Source: Macrostomum lignano
Lineage: Eukaryota
Assembly (NCBI GenBank): GCA_002269645.1
Contig: NIVC01001568.1
Coordinates: forward strand, 203,401-267,400
Direction: 5' to 3'
DNA length: 64,000 bases
This document shows positions 37,408 to 51,419 of the stretch, one piece after another. The stretch's first letter is position 1, and each line of letters opens with the position of its first letter. Position numbers and translations under genes: made by a program. The notes below the pieces were generated by a model. It was not told where the DNA came from and did no database searches. It saw only the letters and a list, made by a program, of their open reading frames with translations.

Positions 37408-37669
37408 GGCAGCTGGCTCAGAGTCGCTGACTGAGAAATCTGTTTCAAAGCACAGAAGTGTCGGGCAGCGCCAGCTCTTTTCCAGGCTGCTGCCGAGCTT
37501 TTCTACTGGTACCTTCGCTCACTTCTGGCTGGCCCGTCTCTGATTGGCTGGTGGGAGCTGGGCAGGGCTGCTGCCCTCCCCGTGCACTCTAACCGGTTTT
37601 TGGATGTCGGTCGTCGGTGCAATCTTAGTGCAATCGGCGAAAAAGTTAATAAATCTCTTGGTGACCGCC

Positions 37670-38335
37670 CCTGTCTCTTGGTGAGCGCCCGTCTCTTGGT
37701 GAGCACCCCTGTCTCTCTTAGTGGGCGCCTCTGTCTCTCTTAGTGGGCGCCTCTGTCTCTCTTAGTGGGCGCCTCTGTCTCTTAGTGAGCGCCTGTCTCT
37801 TAGTGGGCGCCTCTGTCTCTTAGTGAGCGCTTGTCTCTTAGTGGGCGCCTCTGTCTCTTAGTGAGCGCTTGTCTCTTAGTGGGCGCCTCTGTCTCTTAGT
37901 GGGCGCCTCTGTCTCTTAGCGGGCGCTTCTGTCTCTCTTAGTGGGCGCCTCTGTCTCTTAGCGGGCGCCTCTGTCTCTCTTAGTGGGCGCCTCTGTCTCT
38001 CTTAGTGGGCGCCTCTGTCTCTCTTAGTGGGCGCCTCTGTCTCTCTTAGCGGGCGCCTCTGTCTCTTAGCGGGCGCCTCTGTCTCTTAGCGGGCGCCTCT
38101 GTCTCTTAGCGGGCGCCTCTGTCTCTTAGCGGGCGCCTCTGTCTCTTAGCGGGCGCCTCTGTCTCTCTTAGCGGGCGCCTCTGTCTCTTAGCGGCCGCCT
38201 CTGTCTCTTAGCGGGCGCCTCTGTCTCTTAGCGGGCGCCTCTGTCTCTTAGCGGGCGCCTCTGTCTCTTAGTGGGCGCCTCTGTCTCTTAGCGGGCGCTT
38301 CTGTCTCTCTTAGCGGGCGCCTCTGTCTCTTAGTG
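37670..38335. repeat. Minisatellite, 20/22-bp unit GGGCGCCTCTGTCTCTTAG(C/T)
   Basis: Direct tandem copies upstream of the NCKX ATG. Confidence 0.95.
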
Positions 38336-39369
38336 TCTCAACTGTTTCCTAGTTGGCTGCTCTTCCCCTCGGTATTTCAATTGAGTCCAGCAGACTGACA
38401 GCAGCTCAAACAGATAGGTGATTAACTCATTCGGTTGGCAGTTCACAGTCTCCATCAGAGCAACTTCGATTTCTGAATCTGATTGAGCTCAAACAATCCA
38501 ATCCTAAATTGAATTCATCGAAAATTAAATCACGTACGACGATATTCCATAAAAAATTACAAGTATTTGTCAAAGTCCACTTAAAAGTACATCAATTAAA
38601 ATCCACACGGGACTAATCAAAGCAGGATGCTGCACTACTTGCAAGTCGAGCAAATCTTGCTGGAAAATTCATTGGCAAAACGGCAAGTCCAGTTTTATAG
38701 ACTAAATCTCCGGGATTTCACATCTCGTCTTCTCGACTGCCGAATTCCAAATGAAGCAAAAAAGCGTTTTGTCGGATATGCAAACAACCGAATTTTTCAT
38801 GACATGCAACCGGAGACTGGCAAGCAAGCAGAGTTCTCGTAACTGCAGCTGCTCCTGTTGCTTCAGTTTCTCGACCGAGTTTGTCTATGGCCAAACTCCA
38901 TTTATTGCTACGCAGAAAAGCAAACATTTGTAAAACTCCCACCGATATCACAATAAGAAATTTTTTCGGAGCAAAATTCATTCATGTACTTACTTTATTT
39001 GACATTCTGAAGTACAAAGTCAATCTAAAAGACTGGGAAAGCCTTTTAAACCCACATCTTCTAATTAATTACTGAAGCGCTATGAAAGATCACAGAATGC
39101 AAATCAGTCAGTAGTATGACCCATTAATCAAATCCAGGCAACTGAGACCAACCTTCTTAATGAGACCGAAGTTCAACTGAGCAGCAACCTGATGACGCAT
39201 AGATTAGGATCGTTCTTAGGAAGGAGGAACTCAGTAAGCCGGGTCGTTCTGTTTCAATTAATCAACATCTGCCTGCCAATTGAAGACCACAGCGCTGAAA
39301 TCACAGAGCAAACAGCTCAGAGACAGCGACCGCTCTTGTCATTAAATCAGCAGAGGGCAGGGTACACGC

Positions 39370-39720
39370 AGCCGCGCCACGACTACTGGTTCGATTCTAG
39401 GCGTGGCCACTGCACTCGTTTGTGCAGCTTGCAGTACACGAAAATCGGCCCAGGCTCGACTTGCCATTCACACTACTCACCAAGGCTAAACCCTCCCCAG
39501 GGCACAGAGAGTCTACATGGCCCACGATTAGAAAGTCAGGGCTGCTTTACGCCCTGCGTGAGCGTGTGTACGAGTGCTTGTGTGTGCTCATGGGCAGAAT
39601 TACCCCAGCTTCTGGTTGCTCGACGATGCCTCCGAATGCGTTGTGCCAGGGTGTCCATGCACAGCCTTCCAGTGAAAAATTATATACACTCAGCAACATG
39701 CTGAGGTTTCCACCAGTAAA
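39370..39720 (+). mobile_element. SINE-like dispersed repeat with a B-box (GGTTCGATTC at ~39388)
   Basis: B-box plus a body shared with 26490-26760. Confidence 0.45.
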
Positions 39721-40724
39721 TCAGTGGTCAACAAGTGGGAGCTTTAATCCAACTCTAAGCCATCTACACTCTCTCCTTACCAAGCTTAGGCTAATTACAT
39801 CACCCAACTTAACACAGTTGAGACGAGAACCGCGGGCGTGTGGTGTGAATTGCACCTCTTAGGGCTGGGATCTGAGAAAAGTTACCACTGGTTTCGCAGC
39901 CGAAGCGTTAACATCCGCCATCCCGGACCCAGTGCGCCTGAGCGAGAGTTGGAAAACCTTGCGTCATTTGCATTGCCATGAGCTGAATTGGGTCGATGCT
40001 CGATGTCAATGCTCTAGGGTGGCGGTTTCCAATGTTACTGAATATAAGTACATCGCGCACCGCGAAAGCTCCCAGCTCTCAGCAAAATCCCCAAACCAAA
40101 GCCCCCTTGTTTTAGTCTCCATTCCCGCTGAGGCGAACTGTACTCAACACCCGGCTAATTGCCGGGCTGTAATGACCAACCAACCTACAAAGTCAGTCGG
40201 ATTGTTGAGACAGCTCTCCTCTCGATCACTGCGCCGCAAAGAAATCCGAGACTGACTGATTTGAGCGGAGCTGTTTCTCACGAGACTGCATATGGCTGCA
40301 TGGCTAGGGGGGAGCAGAGTTAATGAGCTCATGGACACCGACGGAGCAGGCGGGCTAATCTGCGGCCGCTCAGGGCTAATGACCGGCCGAAGCTTGGGAA
40401 GCAAGCAAATGAACAAGTAGGGAAAAAGGCGTTTACAAGCCGGCTTGCAATCTTTGTCTACGAAGTTCCATGGGTAAAGCGATTGAAAGAGCTCAAAACC
40501 TCCATGAGCTAGCTGAGCACAGAGTTTTCTAGACGATTGACGGATGAGTCTTTTTTATTCTTGCATTTTTTCAATGAAAAACAGAAAAATATTGCTATCA
40601 TTTTAACAAAAATCAGGGACTATACTTACTCAATACTTAAGACGTGAATCGAAAAAAATAGTATTGAGTAGTCCCTGTAGAACGAAGATGAACAAATATG
40701 AACACCCACCTTTGAGCCCCGCAC

Positions 40725-41100
40725 TCTCAGTAGCATTGAGTTCCCCACTTCCAACACCATTGAGTCCCGCACTCCTAACACTCTAATACAATTTAGTCCC
40801 TGCGCTCCCAACACTAATACAATTTATTCCTTCACTCTCACCATTGAGTCCCGCACTCTCAACACCAACATTGAGTCCCGCACTCTCAACACCAACATTG
40901 AGTCCCGCACTCTCAACACCACCATTGAGTCCCGCACTCTCAACACCAACATTGAGTCCCGCACTCTCAACACCAACATTGAGTCCCGCACTCTCAACAC
41001 CACCATTGAGTCCCGCACTCTCAACACCAACATTGAGTCCCGCACTCCCAAGGCTCCAACATCATTGAGTCCCGTACTCCAACACCATTGAGTCCCACCG
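40725..41100. repeat. Minisatellite, 27-bp unit CATTGAGTCCCGCACTCTCAACACCAA
   Basis: Direct tandem copies; an isolated partial copy at ~41345-41380. Confidence 0.92.
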
Positions 41101-41532
41101 GACACACTAAAATAGGGGTCAAACAACGCGTAGGCACACCAAGACAGGTTTCTGGCTCGTTTTTCTTCGTCAGTCAGCCACAGTCACGCGCCGTCCTCTC
41201 CCACCACTCTTAGTTTGCAGACGTTTCTTATACTAGTATGCTGTAATTTCCTCTATGGCGACCTTTTCGAGCTATGTGAGAAATTTAACGATTCAAATCT
41301 TTATCTGTCTACTTTTCTCAGTAGCATAAATTTGAATCTCTCACACCACACTCCAACACCATTGAGTCCCGCACTCCAACGCGATGATAGTTATAGATGC
41401 AGAACTACAACGTAATAAAGATAATAGGTTTGTGACAAGCACTGCAAGTACGAGTATGAAGTTTGGTTTAAGAAGATGGAGCCTCAGTCATATCCTAATT
41501 ATTCAGTTTGAGTTTCAGGCAGAAAACAGAAA

Positions 41533-44500
41533 TCAGCGAGGTCCGCGGCAGAGCGGCTGATGGTCGTAGACCTCCTCGGCAGAGTCGAACGCCCGAACGC
41601 AGAGCCAGCAGAAGTGGCAGTGACACCTGACGCAGGTCATGTGATTGCAGCCGGCATTTTTCTCGATGTGCACCCGGCACCGCGGGCACTGCTTGCGATT
41701 GCGCGAGTCAGCGGTCAGCCACGTCTGCGGGAAATCCGGTTTGCGGAATCGGTAGTACGAGCTCGTATTTTGCTTGCAGATCTGGGAGAAACGGCATGCT
41801 CTCGAGCTTCTACTTACAGTACGAAGCTTGGTAATGAGCGGGAGCAGTAATGGCTGTGCTACTCTTATTTTCTTTGCCTATCTTAGCGTCCGTCTGTTTT
41901 AGCGCCTGTGTGTACATCTCCTGCCTGTCTGCCTTAGTGTCCGAGAGTCTTTGTGTCTTAGAGCTTAGTCCTAGATTCTGTTTTAGTATCTGCCCATCTT
42001 AGTGTGTGCAACAGTGTCAGTCTGTCAAAAAAACACAATGCATAACACAAAAAGCCTCGAATGGCAAGCAGGCTACTAGCAGTAGCGGGCTGCAGCCAAT
42101 CAGAACAAACTTGAAGTCCGTAGTCCGGATTCGCCCTGATCTCCTTGGCGGTCTTGCAGGTCAAGCCGACGTGGCTGAAGTATTGACAACTGAAATTACG
42201 GAAAAAATCCGATTTGAAAACAAATCGAAATTGACTAGCAGAAGCATTTTTATTCACGAGAGGCTGCTCACTCCAGACAGAAGGTTCCGCGACAGACTTT
42301 GCAGCGGCTCTCCCTGACGGCGGCCTCTTTGAAGTCGCGCAGCAGGCCGGGACAGTCGGGCGCCGGGCAGAACTGCAGACAGCTGGCCGGCAAATTCACG
42401 TGACGCTTCAGGGCGGGTCCAAGAAGGCGGCGCATCAGCTGCTCTCGTTCGGCTGGGCTGGGCGCGCGGTCAAGGATGTCCAGCCCCACGTGGAACGGTT
42501 GGCCGCAGCCCTGAGGCAGGTCAAAGGTGAAAGTGTGGAAAATGGGATGACACGGAGGATGGGAGAATTGGGAGCGGGATTATATTAGAGAAGACATTAT
42601 CCATTCGAGTTTTACTTCAGCAGCACACAGCAGAGGCACATCGGCAGCGGAGGCCAGCTGCAGGTCCAGGCAATCCGTGCAGTAGACGTGTCCGCACAAT
42701 GCCAGGGTGGTGGCGGCCTCAGTGCCCGCTGGCGCGAAGCACACGGGGCACTCCAGCTTCACGGTGCCAGGCACAGCAACCGCTGTGGCGTTCAGTGCTG
42801 CAGCAGCCGCGGCGGTCGCTTCCTCCTCAGCGAGACGTTCAACGGCATCAGCGGCGGCGGCCACAGCGTCGGCGTTCACTCCAAACAGAGTCAGCGTCCT
42901 GCTGTCGCCTAGTTCGAGCTCGGCAGTGACAGACTCGTCGCCCAGTTTGGACAAATCTCTGCCGAATGTCTTCAATAGGCGACGGATGAGGCCGCGAGGG
43001 CGATGAGCTCCAGCCAGAGAGATTTCGCGCAGGCTGAGTGCCTCTCGCTCCGTCAAGTAGCTGTGAAGCGGAGTTCTCAAAGTTAATTTAAAGTATCAGA
43101 CAGGACTGCGTGTACTTCTAAGAATATCGGCTACTATGGTTTATATTTAACAGGTGAGCACGTGACTACGGCACGACCACAGCAACTGGTTGCGTGTACA
43201 TTGTCAAACGGTGAAAATCTCGATTCTCGAATACCTATGCAAGTGTATGTACTCAGAGTAAGTTAGTGGAAGAAGCATTTTGAGCTTCTATATTTGTATT
43301 TAAAAGTAAGATTCGAACTCGGAATAGGCCCAGATCGATTTTCTGTGTCTTAATACTTTTCGTCACCTCGTAACCGAAACAAAGTATAAATATAAGCTAC
43401 TGTCCTAAGCAAGTTACAACCAACTATTATTATCTAATCGTTCACTTACTTGTTGATGATAATCTGGCACCGGCTTTTGACTGAGTCGGTACCATAGATG
43501 CTCAAGCACTCGCGCCGTCTGTCGAATATGGCGTGCGACAGTTCCGGAAGACGCTTGCGCAGCTCAGACTCCGACCTGGCCAGCAGAAGGCTTCTGAGAG
43601 CGTCATTCCTGCTGCAGTCCAGCTCGTACGGCATCAGCGACTTTCTCAGGTGCTGATAGGTGAAGGACCAGGTGGTGACATCCTGTGTGTCGACGTCAAT
43701 TTTTACCTTTTTCACTTCGACTCCACGATGTTTCTCACGGTAGTCCGTATTTATATTAATTGACACAGGGTTAGCTCGCAGCATATTTTGAATAGCAGTA
43801 GGGAACAGCGAACTCCGCTTCTCAATGTCCCGCTTCACTTCAAGCAGTAGAGGCTCTGAGGCAGAAAAAATTTCGCTGGAAACAATTAGCGGAGGAAAAA
43901 TTAACTCGAACTTTGAGCCAGCGAATGCGGACGCCTTGTAAGCATTTTGCTTTGCCAGGAATATACTTTTTCGTTCTCGGCCGCGAGCGAGGTGACCATG
44001 CGACCAATTAGACAGATTTGCCAAAACAAAACCTTTCAGCTGTTTAAACTCCCTCGCAAACACAATGTAGTCGTCATCGTATCTGAAGCAAATCGTCACT
44101 TGCCAGTCAAAGAAGCCAGGATTCGGTGGATCCCGAATCACAAATTGATAGTTTTCCTCATCATCTACAAATTCCGAACTGAATATGGCTCTTAAAATTT
44201 CAAGCACTCGCGCGCCGGCGGCCTCCTTTGATAAGGCATTATCTTGGTGCTCGCGGCGCATCGTAACTCTCGGATTGATAGAGTCCAGCAGCACAGCAGA
44301 GCGAGCAAGCTCATTAGCAATAACACCTTCATCGATCCATAACGGCACGTCAAAAATGATTAGTTTTTCAGGATCTCTCTTGTCAAGGGCCATTTTACTT
44401 GCCCAAAAGCTGTTGCTGAGTGACAGAGAAGTTACATGTTCAAGAACGCTGCTAGCATCTTCCGGATTGTCGAATGAAACATTGGCAAAACCTGTAGGGT

Positions 44501-47500
44501 ACCGGCGAGGAAAAGTGAGCCGCAGCTTTAGCTCGTTCAAGTCGCAGGTTTGCTGTCTGTCCGTGCTATTAGAGTACGAATGTGGCTTTATCTGGGCTAA
44601 ATACGCCACCTCAGATGCATTTAGCTTTTCAACTAGTTTCTGAGCGACGACTGGCGACTCGGCTATTAGAAACTTGCCCTTTTCATTAACTTGAATTTCA
44701 CCGAATTCGTGACCGTACTTTGTAGCAACGGCGTTGAGCAACGGGATTGAAATGGCTTGATTCGGCATCCGTGCCATCAATTTGACAGCGCTGGATTCGC
44801 CGGTGAGGTTCAGCTGAGAGATAACGAATCCCGGAGCAAGCCGAATATGGCATGGTAGCTGGGTCTGATCAGGGGTCAGAGACGTCAAAGAGCACAGAGT
44901 GTCAACAGTTTCTTTAATGAAATCGTCTGTCATCGCCCTAGCGGCTGCCAGACAAGAAGCTGGCTCGCATACAATGTCAACAAAGTGAAGTTCAAAGTTG
45001 CAGTGAACTTCAAACAACTTTGGTTTAAGCTTCTCTTTCACATTTTCTGTCAGTTTATTTAAAGCGACGCGGCCACGGCCGACAAGCCGCTTCATGACTT
45101 CCGTGCTGACTGGCATGATGCGCGTGACTGTTCTGAAGATGGCCTCGCTAGTCAAATTTCGATCGGAGAGCCACTCAGGAGACACCGGTGTAATATTTAG
45201 TAAATAAGTTTGCTCTGTCTCAAGCAATTTGGTGTACACAGCGAACGGGATGTTGACGGCGTTGCTAAACACTGAGGATGGATGAATTTTCAATAGCTGG
45301 CCAGTGCTCACTTCAACAAAGCCAATTCGAGGATTGCCCGAGTAGGCGCACAGCTTATCTGAGAAAACTCGATAGATGCACTCCTGGACAGCGGAAGCAA
45401 AATTTCTATCATCCGAAAAAGTTTCAGACACTTGCATCTTGAGGTCGTACTTTAGTGCACGCTGCAAGTCGGCGACCTTCTCATTAACTGAGCGCATCGA
45501 CTTGTTGTTAACGCAGTTTTTCACTGACCATTTCGTTCTCAAGTTATCCGGGCGAGATCGCCAATCTTTGAAAACTTGCAAGCTAGTGAGAAGATCGCCG
45601 TCATCAGAGGCATAAAACTCTTTGGTCTTTGTAGCATCTTGACGCTCAGCATCTGTCTTGCCTCTAAAGAAGACTTGTCCCGATAAGGTGATGAGCGAAG
45701 CCAGAACCATTCCTTCCATTGCCAGGTTATTTTCGTAGAGAAGCAAAATCATTTTAGCAAGGCGCGGCTCGGCCGGTATTTTCGCAATCTTTTTGCCCAA
45801 TTCTGTCAGCTGACCTTCGCTGAATGCGCCAATGAATTCCAGCGCGCTCATTGCACTGTTCAGGCCCTGGCGCGACGGCGGCGTCAAATAGTCAAACTCA
45901 AGCGGATTCAATCCAAGCTCCAGAATTCGGATGGCGACTCCAGATAAATCGATGCGCTGTATCTCTGGCACAGTTGACTCGCTCATTGCCTCGTACTCCG
46001 CCTGAGTGTAAAGTCGATAGCAGCAACCGTTTTGAGTTCTACCAGCCCGGCCTTTTCTTTGATCGGCGCTGTTGCGCGAGATCTCGCCTACAACGAGAGC
46101 GTCCATGTTCCTGACAGGGTCGAATGCGTTTTGCTTGGAGAGCCCGGAGTCAACGACAACAACAACGCCCGGAATTGTTAGAGAAGTTTCGGCGCAATTT
46201 GTCGCAAAAATTACTTTTCTGGAGTTTTTGTCTTTTACCTCCTCCATTGCCAGCTGTTGATCCTCTGGCTGCAGCTGCCCGTGCAGAGGATAAGAGGGTA
46301 TTTTACTCTGCGTGCCAATTTTTCTCTGAAACAACGCACTAGCATTCTCTGTGTCTTTGGGAGTAGTCAGAAAAACCAGCATGTTTCCATGCGGAACATT
46401 GCGATCCAAACACAGTTCTACCACTTTGTCAACTGCTGTTTCAAAGTATTTTTCAGTCTTGTCCATCTTTTTGTCGCTATAGTGAACGTCAACTCGATAC
46501 ACTCGTCCAGGAATTTGGGCATGAGCTTTTGAGAAATCATCAAAAAAACTCAGAAACAGGTAGGGATTGATGGTGGCAGAAGTTATGAGCACCTTTAGTT
46601 CTGGTCGCAGTTTCAGGGCCTGCTTCAACAGACCAATGATAAGATCGGTGTGCAGGTTCCGCTCATGCGCCTCGTCCACTACAATGCAGCTGTATTCAGA
46701 GAGTCTCGGGTCGCTAACACACAATTTCAACAGTTGAAAGTCCGTCATGAAGACAATTTTAGTTTCTTCTTTAACTGCCTTGCCGCCAACCATTGAAGCC
46801 ACTAAGCCGCCATTTTTGCAGTTCATCTGCTTGGCCACGTACTCGGAGAGGCTTCTGGCAGCAAGGCGTCTAGGCTGCGTGCAGGCGATCTTGCCCGGAA
46901 ATAACCCGGAAGTCTGCAAATACTGCACGATCTGTGTGCTCTTGCCAGAGCCAGTCTCGGCCACGAACACGCTTACCTGGTTGTCGAGAACCAAGTTCAC
47001 AATCTCCTCCTTATATGGGTAGATAGGTAAGCCAAGCAGGGACTGCCTCTCACTCTGTTGCAGACTATTGACGATTTGGTGAATCCTTTCCACAGTGCCT
47101 TCATCGCCAGAGTCCAAGTCCTTCAGCTTTACCTTGCACTCGTGACAGTCGCGCTCAAACACCTTGGTGGCTCTAGTGATTTCTTCCACTTTGTCGCCAG
47201 CAAATTCATCATTATCCAGGATTTGACGGAGCTTAGTAGCAAGCTGTCGTGTTACACGCTTTTCAGCAGCATCGATTTTTTGCACAGCCTGCTTATTAGC
47301 ATCAGCAATCAGACGGGCAAGAACAGCTGCATCCACGCTCACATTGAGTGCCATTGCGATTGCAGCATCCATGCTGGGCCCTTTGCATTTAGTTTTCAGA
47401 AAACATTTCAGTGAGCCTTCAATCCATCTAGCCATGTCAATATTAGATGTATAGATGCGGCCAACAGTTGTATTTGGGCTGTACTCAAAGAATTCGATGC

Positions 47501-48367
47501 TACTAGCAGTGCAGCCTTCAATCATGCTAACTTTAGTGCAAACTGCTTCGCGTGATTCGCACAGATGTTCACTAGCATTGCTAGCTAGGCAGAGAGCAAT
47601 CACATGAAATTTACCTCGTTGACACTTTTGATTTTCCATAAACATATCCAATGTGCCTTTGGCACTTATAATATTAGACAAATTTCCAAAAAGCAGATCA
47701 GGACTTCGAGCTCTTTGTACAGGCCTTGGCTGACTAGCATTTGAAGATGGACCTAAAATTATCAAAAGAAATGGTTTTGTCAGAAAGTTTTAGTAATATA
47801 AAGTTAAAAACTTAAATTTAGTACTGAAATACTGATAATACATAAAACATGTGTACTAATAAATATACTTATATTCACTTTCAACCAAAACTAAATGGCA
47901 AATATGTTATAAAAAATACAACAATGGTTTTAGTACATACAAAGTAATTTAGAAATTTTTAAGCCTAATATTATTAATAAAAAATAAAATTTCAATTTTA
48001 TCATATAAGAAACATGAATTATTAGATGAAATTCTGATAAAGTTAAAAAGCTTTATAAACTAAGACTTAAAAATAATATATATATTAAGGAATAGATCAT
48101 AAATACAAGCGTAATACTAAAAATCTTTCTATAATCTGCATAAATCATGAATAGTGCTATTGAACCCAGATATGCAGTTTAAAAATAATGATGGATACTA
48201 TGATTAGACATTTAGTATAGGTGGATTTTAGCAAGAATTTGAGTTTTGAGTATCCTATTCCTAGTCCTAGATACAAAAAGGAATTATTAGTAGACTGCTT
48301 GGATTAAATAAAATTATGTTCACTTACTTGGATTATCCCACTTCCACCCACTTTTACTTCTGATCAT
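41533..48367 (-). CDS. DEAH-box RNA helicase fused to RRM/KH-like domains and a C-terminal RBR (RING1-IBR-RING2) E3 ligase, 1765 aa; exons 48367-48328, 47752-43450, 43060-42616, 42510-42272, 42189-42111, 41724-41533
   Basis: Helicase motifs GSGKST, TQPRRLAA, DEAH, SAT, TNCAETSLTIPG, QRKGRAGR and HA2 region. KH-like LVGRGR; RNP1-like GFANVSF. RING1 CPVC..CGHVYCTDC..C..GC; IBR CPAPDC..CKVC..FCLDC..H..C; RING2 CPRC..IEKNAGCNHMTC..C..FCWLC. Exon lengths sum to 5298 nt in phase. The first exon is less certain. Confidence 0.9.
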
Positions 48368-51300
48368 TTTATCAAATGTTAAGATCCAGCTGAGAGGTTA
48401 TAATTAACCGCTAGCTCGGGCCAGTGGTCTGGACGCGGACAGCAAAATCCTTTAGTATGATTGTCTAGTCTGTGACTTGTATCTTGTGGAATTAGTAAAT
48501 AAGGACAAATAAAACTAACAGCAACTGACATGAAATAGCAGAACACCGTATAACGTTCAGTTACTTAAGTGTACGTCTGTCTGTCTGTACACTGTACTAA
48601 ACAACAACTGAACTGTTAGAAAGCGAAAACTACTTAAAATAAAGTACTTTCTCTATCAACGTGAAATATCCAGACAGTTTTGCTTTATTTAAAAAAATTG
48701 GCTTTGTTTTCTTAAAGTCTGTTGAAGCATTTTTGCGTTTTGTATTGTTGAAAACTTCTCCGAATATATTTGCACAATGAACTTTGTTTCAACGTTCTGA
48801 TATTCTTACGGTATAGTATGAGTCCTATGTAAATGGACCCATAAATTGCATGCTGGATTACGGGACTAACAACAACCGCGACCGCGACAAACTGCAGCAG
48901 CCATGTACAAGATAAGCTGCACTGCCGTAAAAAAGCGTGCACAAGCGCAGAGTTGCGCAAAACCTGGGACAAAATTAAATTACCTATTTTCGTACAAATT
49001 AGAAGCACGGACGATTGAATTCGTCATTGTTTTGAAATTACAATTGAACCGTAACATCTAGTTTTATTTTCTAACTTCTTGGAACCTTATTAAATTAACT
49101 TTTATTCACTTTTATTCCTAGCGGATTCTGTTGTAGAACCAAGCTAGGACAACTAATTAAAGCAACGTATGTACAGGACGCGATACTCACGTTTCGTGGT
49201 AAAAGTTTTGAAGGCCACTTTTCGCCGAAAATTACACTACGGAGATAGAGAGTTTTCATCTTTTCAGCAAAAAAATTGTTATTGCTTTCGATTGAGGCAG
49301 ACCCAGTGTTCATATTTTGATATTTTTCCTTTCTTATAGCTCTATTTGTTAATACATGGTATACCTTTGTCGATAGCTTACAATCAATATTTAGCTGTCT
49401 GCTGGCGCGATCTTTGTAGTTGTTCGAGTGGGTTCTCTAAAGCTTCGGTTGGTCACTCTGGAGCCCGACGGGCGTACGGGCTGCCTGGGGGCGAGTGTGG
49501 TTGGAGGGGCGTGCCGGGGTCTTTTTCCTACTGATCCATCTTTTCTGATTCGTGGCATTCACTACCACTGTCAAGTCTGTTGGTTCCGGGCGGTAATCAG
49601 CTCAAGGACCAGCTGTTAGAATGTTTGTTGTGACTTGCTTGTGAAAGCGAAGCCGCCACATGCAGCTTCCTCTATGCGATTCACCGACTCTTTAGCAGCT
49701 GGCCCGTCCCTTTACTATCGGAGCGTGGTTTAGCGTGGTTTAGCGTTTTTTAGCGTGGTTTAGCTGCTTGTTCCCCATGCTCTCTTTTTTAGCGTTCGCT
49801 TTTCTCACTAGTAAAAGCCCCTTTCTCGTCGTCAATGAAGCTCTGGGGCCTGACGCTAGCAAGCAGTGTTGCAGCAATGCTTACCGGTAAATGATTAGTC
49901 AATTTGTTGCTCTTTTCCACGTGGTAAGCACTATGAGAGCAGCCAGTGTGAGGTGTGACAACCTAATTGCTGGCAGTTCTAAACAACATTTGTGTAGGAA
50001 TCATGACCAGGCTGCTGTACATAGTCATCTAATCGTAGCAGCGCCTACTGAGAAAGTCATGGTAGCTAGGTCGCCCCGAGCTTTCGGCGGCGGGCTCAGC
50101 CGGAAGGCGATTAAAGCCGCTGCTGGTCTCTTTGCGCCCACTCGCACATCTGTGCGATGCTGCATGGGAAGGCTTTGAGGGCACATTTGAACGGGTTTTG
50201 ACTGACTTAACATACGTGCGGAGACGGTGCAATGCAATAATGCCTAGGGGTTTTCGGGGCTTTGCACAATTATCACATTTAAATTTAGTTTTTAGCCATT
50301 TTTGACCCTTTCCATTTAATTTTAATTCAATATGAGATACGGAAAGGAATTACCTGAGGCCAACATTTTTTTCCAGGAATCTGTGGCGTCAGCGTTTTTT
50401 CATTATAGGGAGTCTTACAATCGAAATTAAAATTTCCTGAAGGCCGGGTTGGAATTCTGTTATTACGAGCGTATTTGCGCACTTTTTAAGACTAATAAAG
50501 CTGCTAATTTTTCATTTGTTTTTGAACTTACGTCGTCACCCAAAAGTGTTTCCAGTCAGATTGAAATACAAAAAGTTTGATAAAGTTTTGAAGACAATTT
50601 TCGAACCCAGGGTACCAGACCCAGAAAAAGTTGCCGGCCCAAACATTCCTAGCAATGCCTTTCAGATGCAGGATCTCACCTGAAGAGCCTCGAATAGGGA
50701 AACTATGTTCACCCTCAGTCATGCGCTGACGTGAAGGATCGAGCAGTCTTTGACAGGAGCCTCTGAGCACAGGATCGCTTTCACCTCTTGAAGCCGGTGG
50801 GGGCATGGCAGGAACCCTAGTTCACTCAAAGTAGCCAAAGATTGTCGCCCACTCAGAGCGCTCTCTGGCTTGACCCTCGGGTGGACGTTTAGACTGAATT
50901 GAAACTGAAAACTTGGCTGGAAATTTCCTACCGCCTCATTAAACGACTGCTTTTGTGTAAACTCTACCCGATGGAAATCTGTTTAAAAAATCTGCTTCTT
51001 CTGCAACAAACTGAGGGGAGGTGTGACTGTGTGATGGAACAGAACTTTAAAGAGCAAAATGTAGCGCTAATTCACCACAGAAGCATAGTAATATCTGCAA
51101 GGAGAACGAGCTTGAGGAATCGTCTCGTTGTCTCGGCCTTCGGTATGAGCAGGGAGACTCAGCACCCAGTCCCGCTGCTTGCGAACCAACTGTCGCACTA
51201 GCGCCCAAGCATAGGGCAGTAGTGCGACCAGGGTTGCAGCAAACGCACAGGCCCTGGTGACAATGCCCTAACTGAATCAAAAAGAACAGAGTCAGGATGA

Positions 51301-51419
51301 CACTTACGGTTGCCGGCGGCACTTCGTCGCTCGTAGAGGGGCTCAAAATTACAAACCACAGTATATATTTTATATTTTATACTTTATATTTTATATTTTT
51401 ATATATTTTACCACAGTAA

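Noticed and set aside
39830-40416. GC-richer block with short ORFs
   Set aside because: It could be regulatory or a UTR exon, but nothing in the sequence supports a specific call.
48712-50237. Short ORFs upstream of the helicase gene and a TTTAGCGTGG mini-repeat near 49730
   Set aside because: They have no recognisable domains or consistent splice phases, and only about four repeat units are present.
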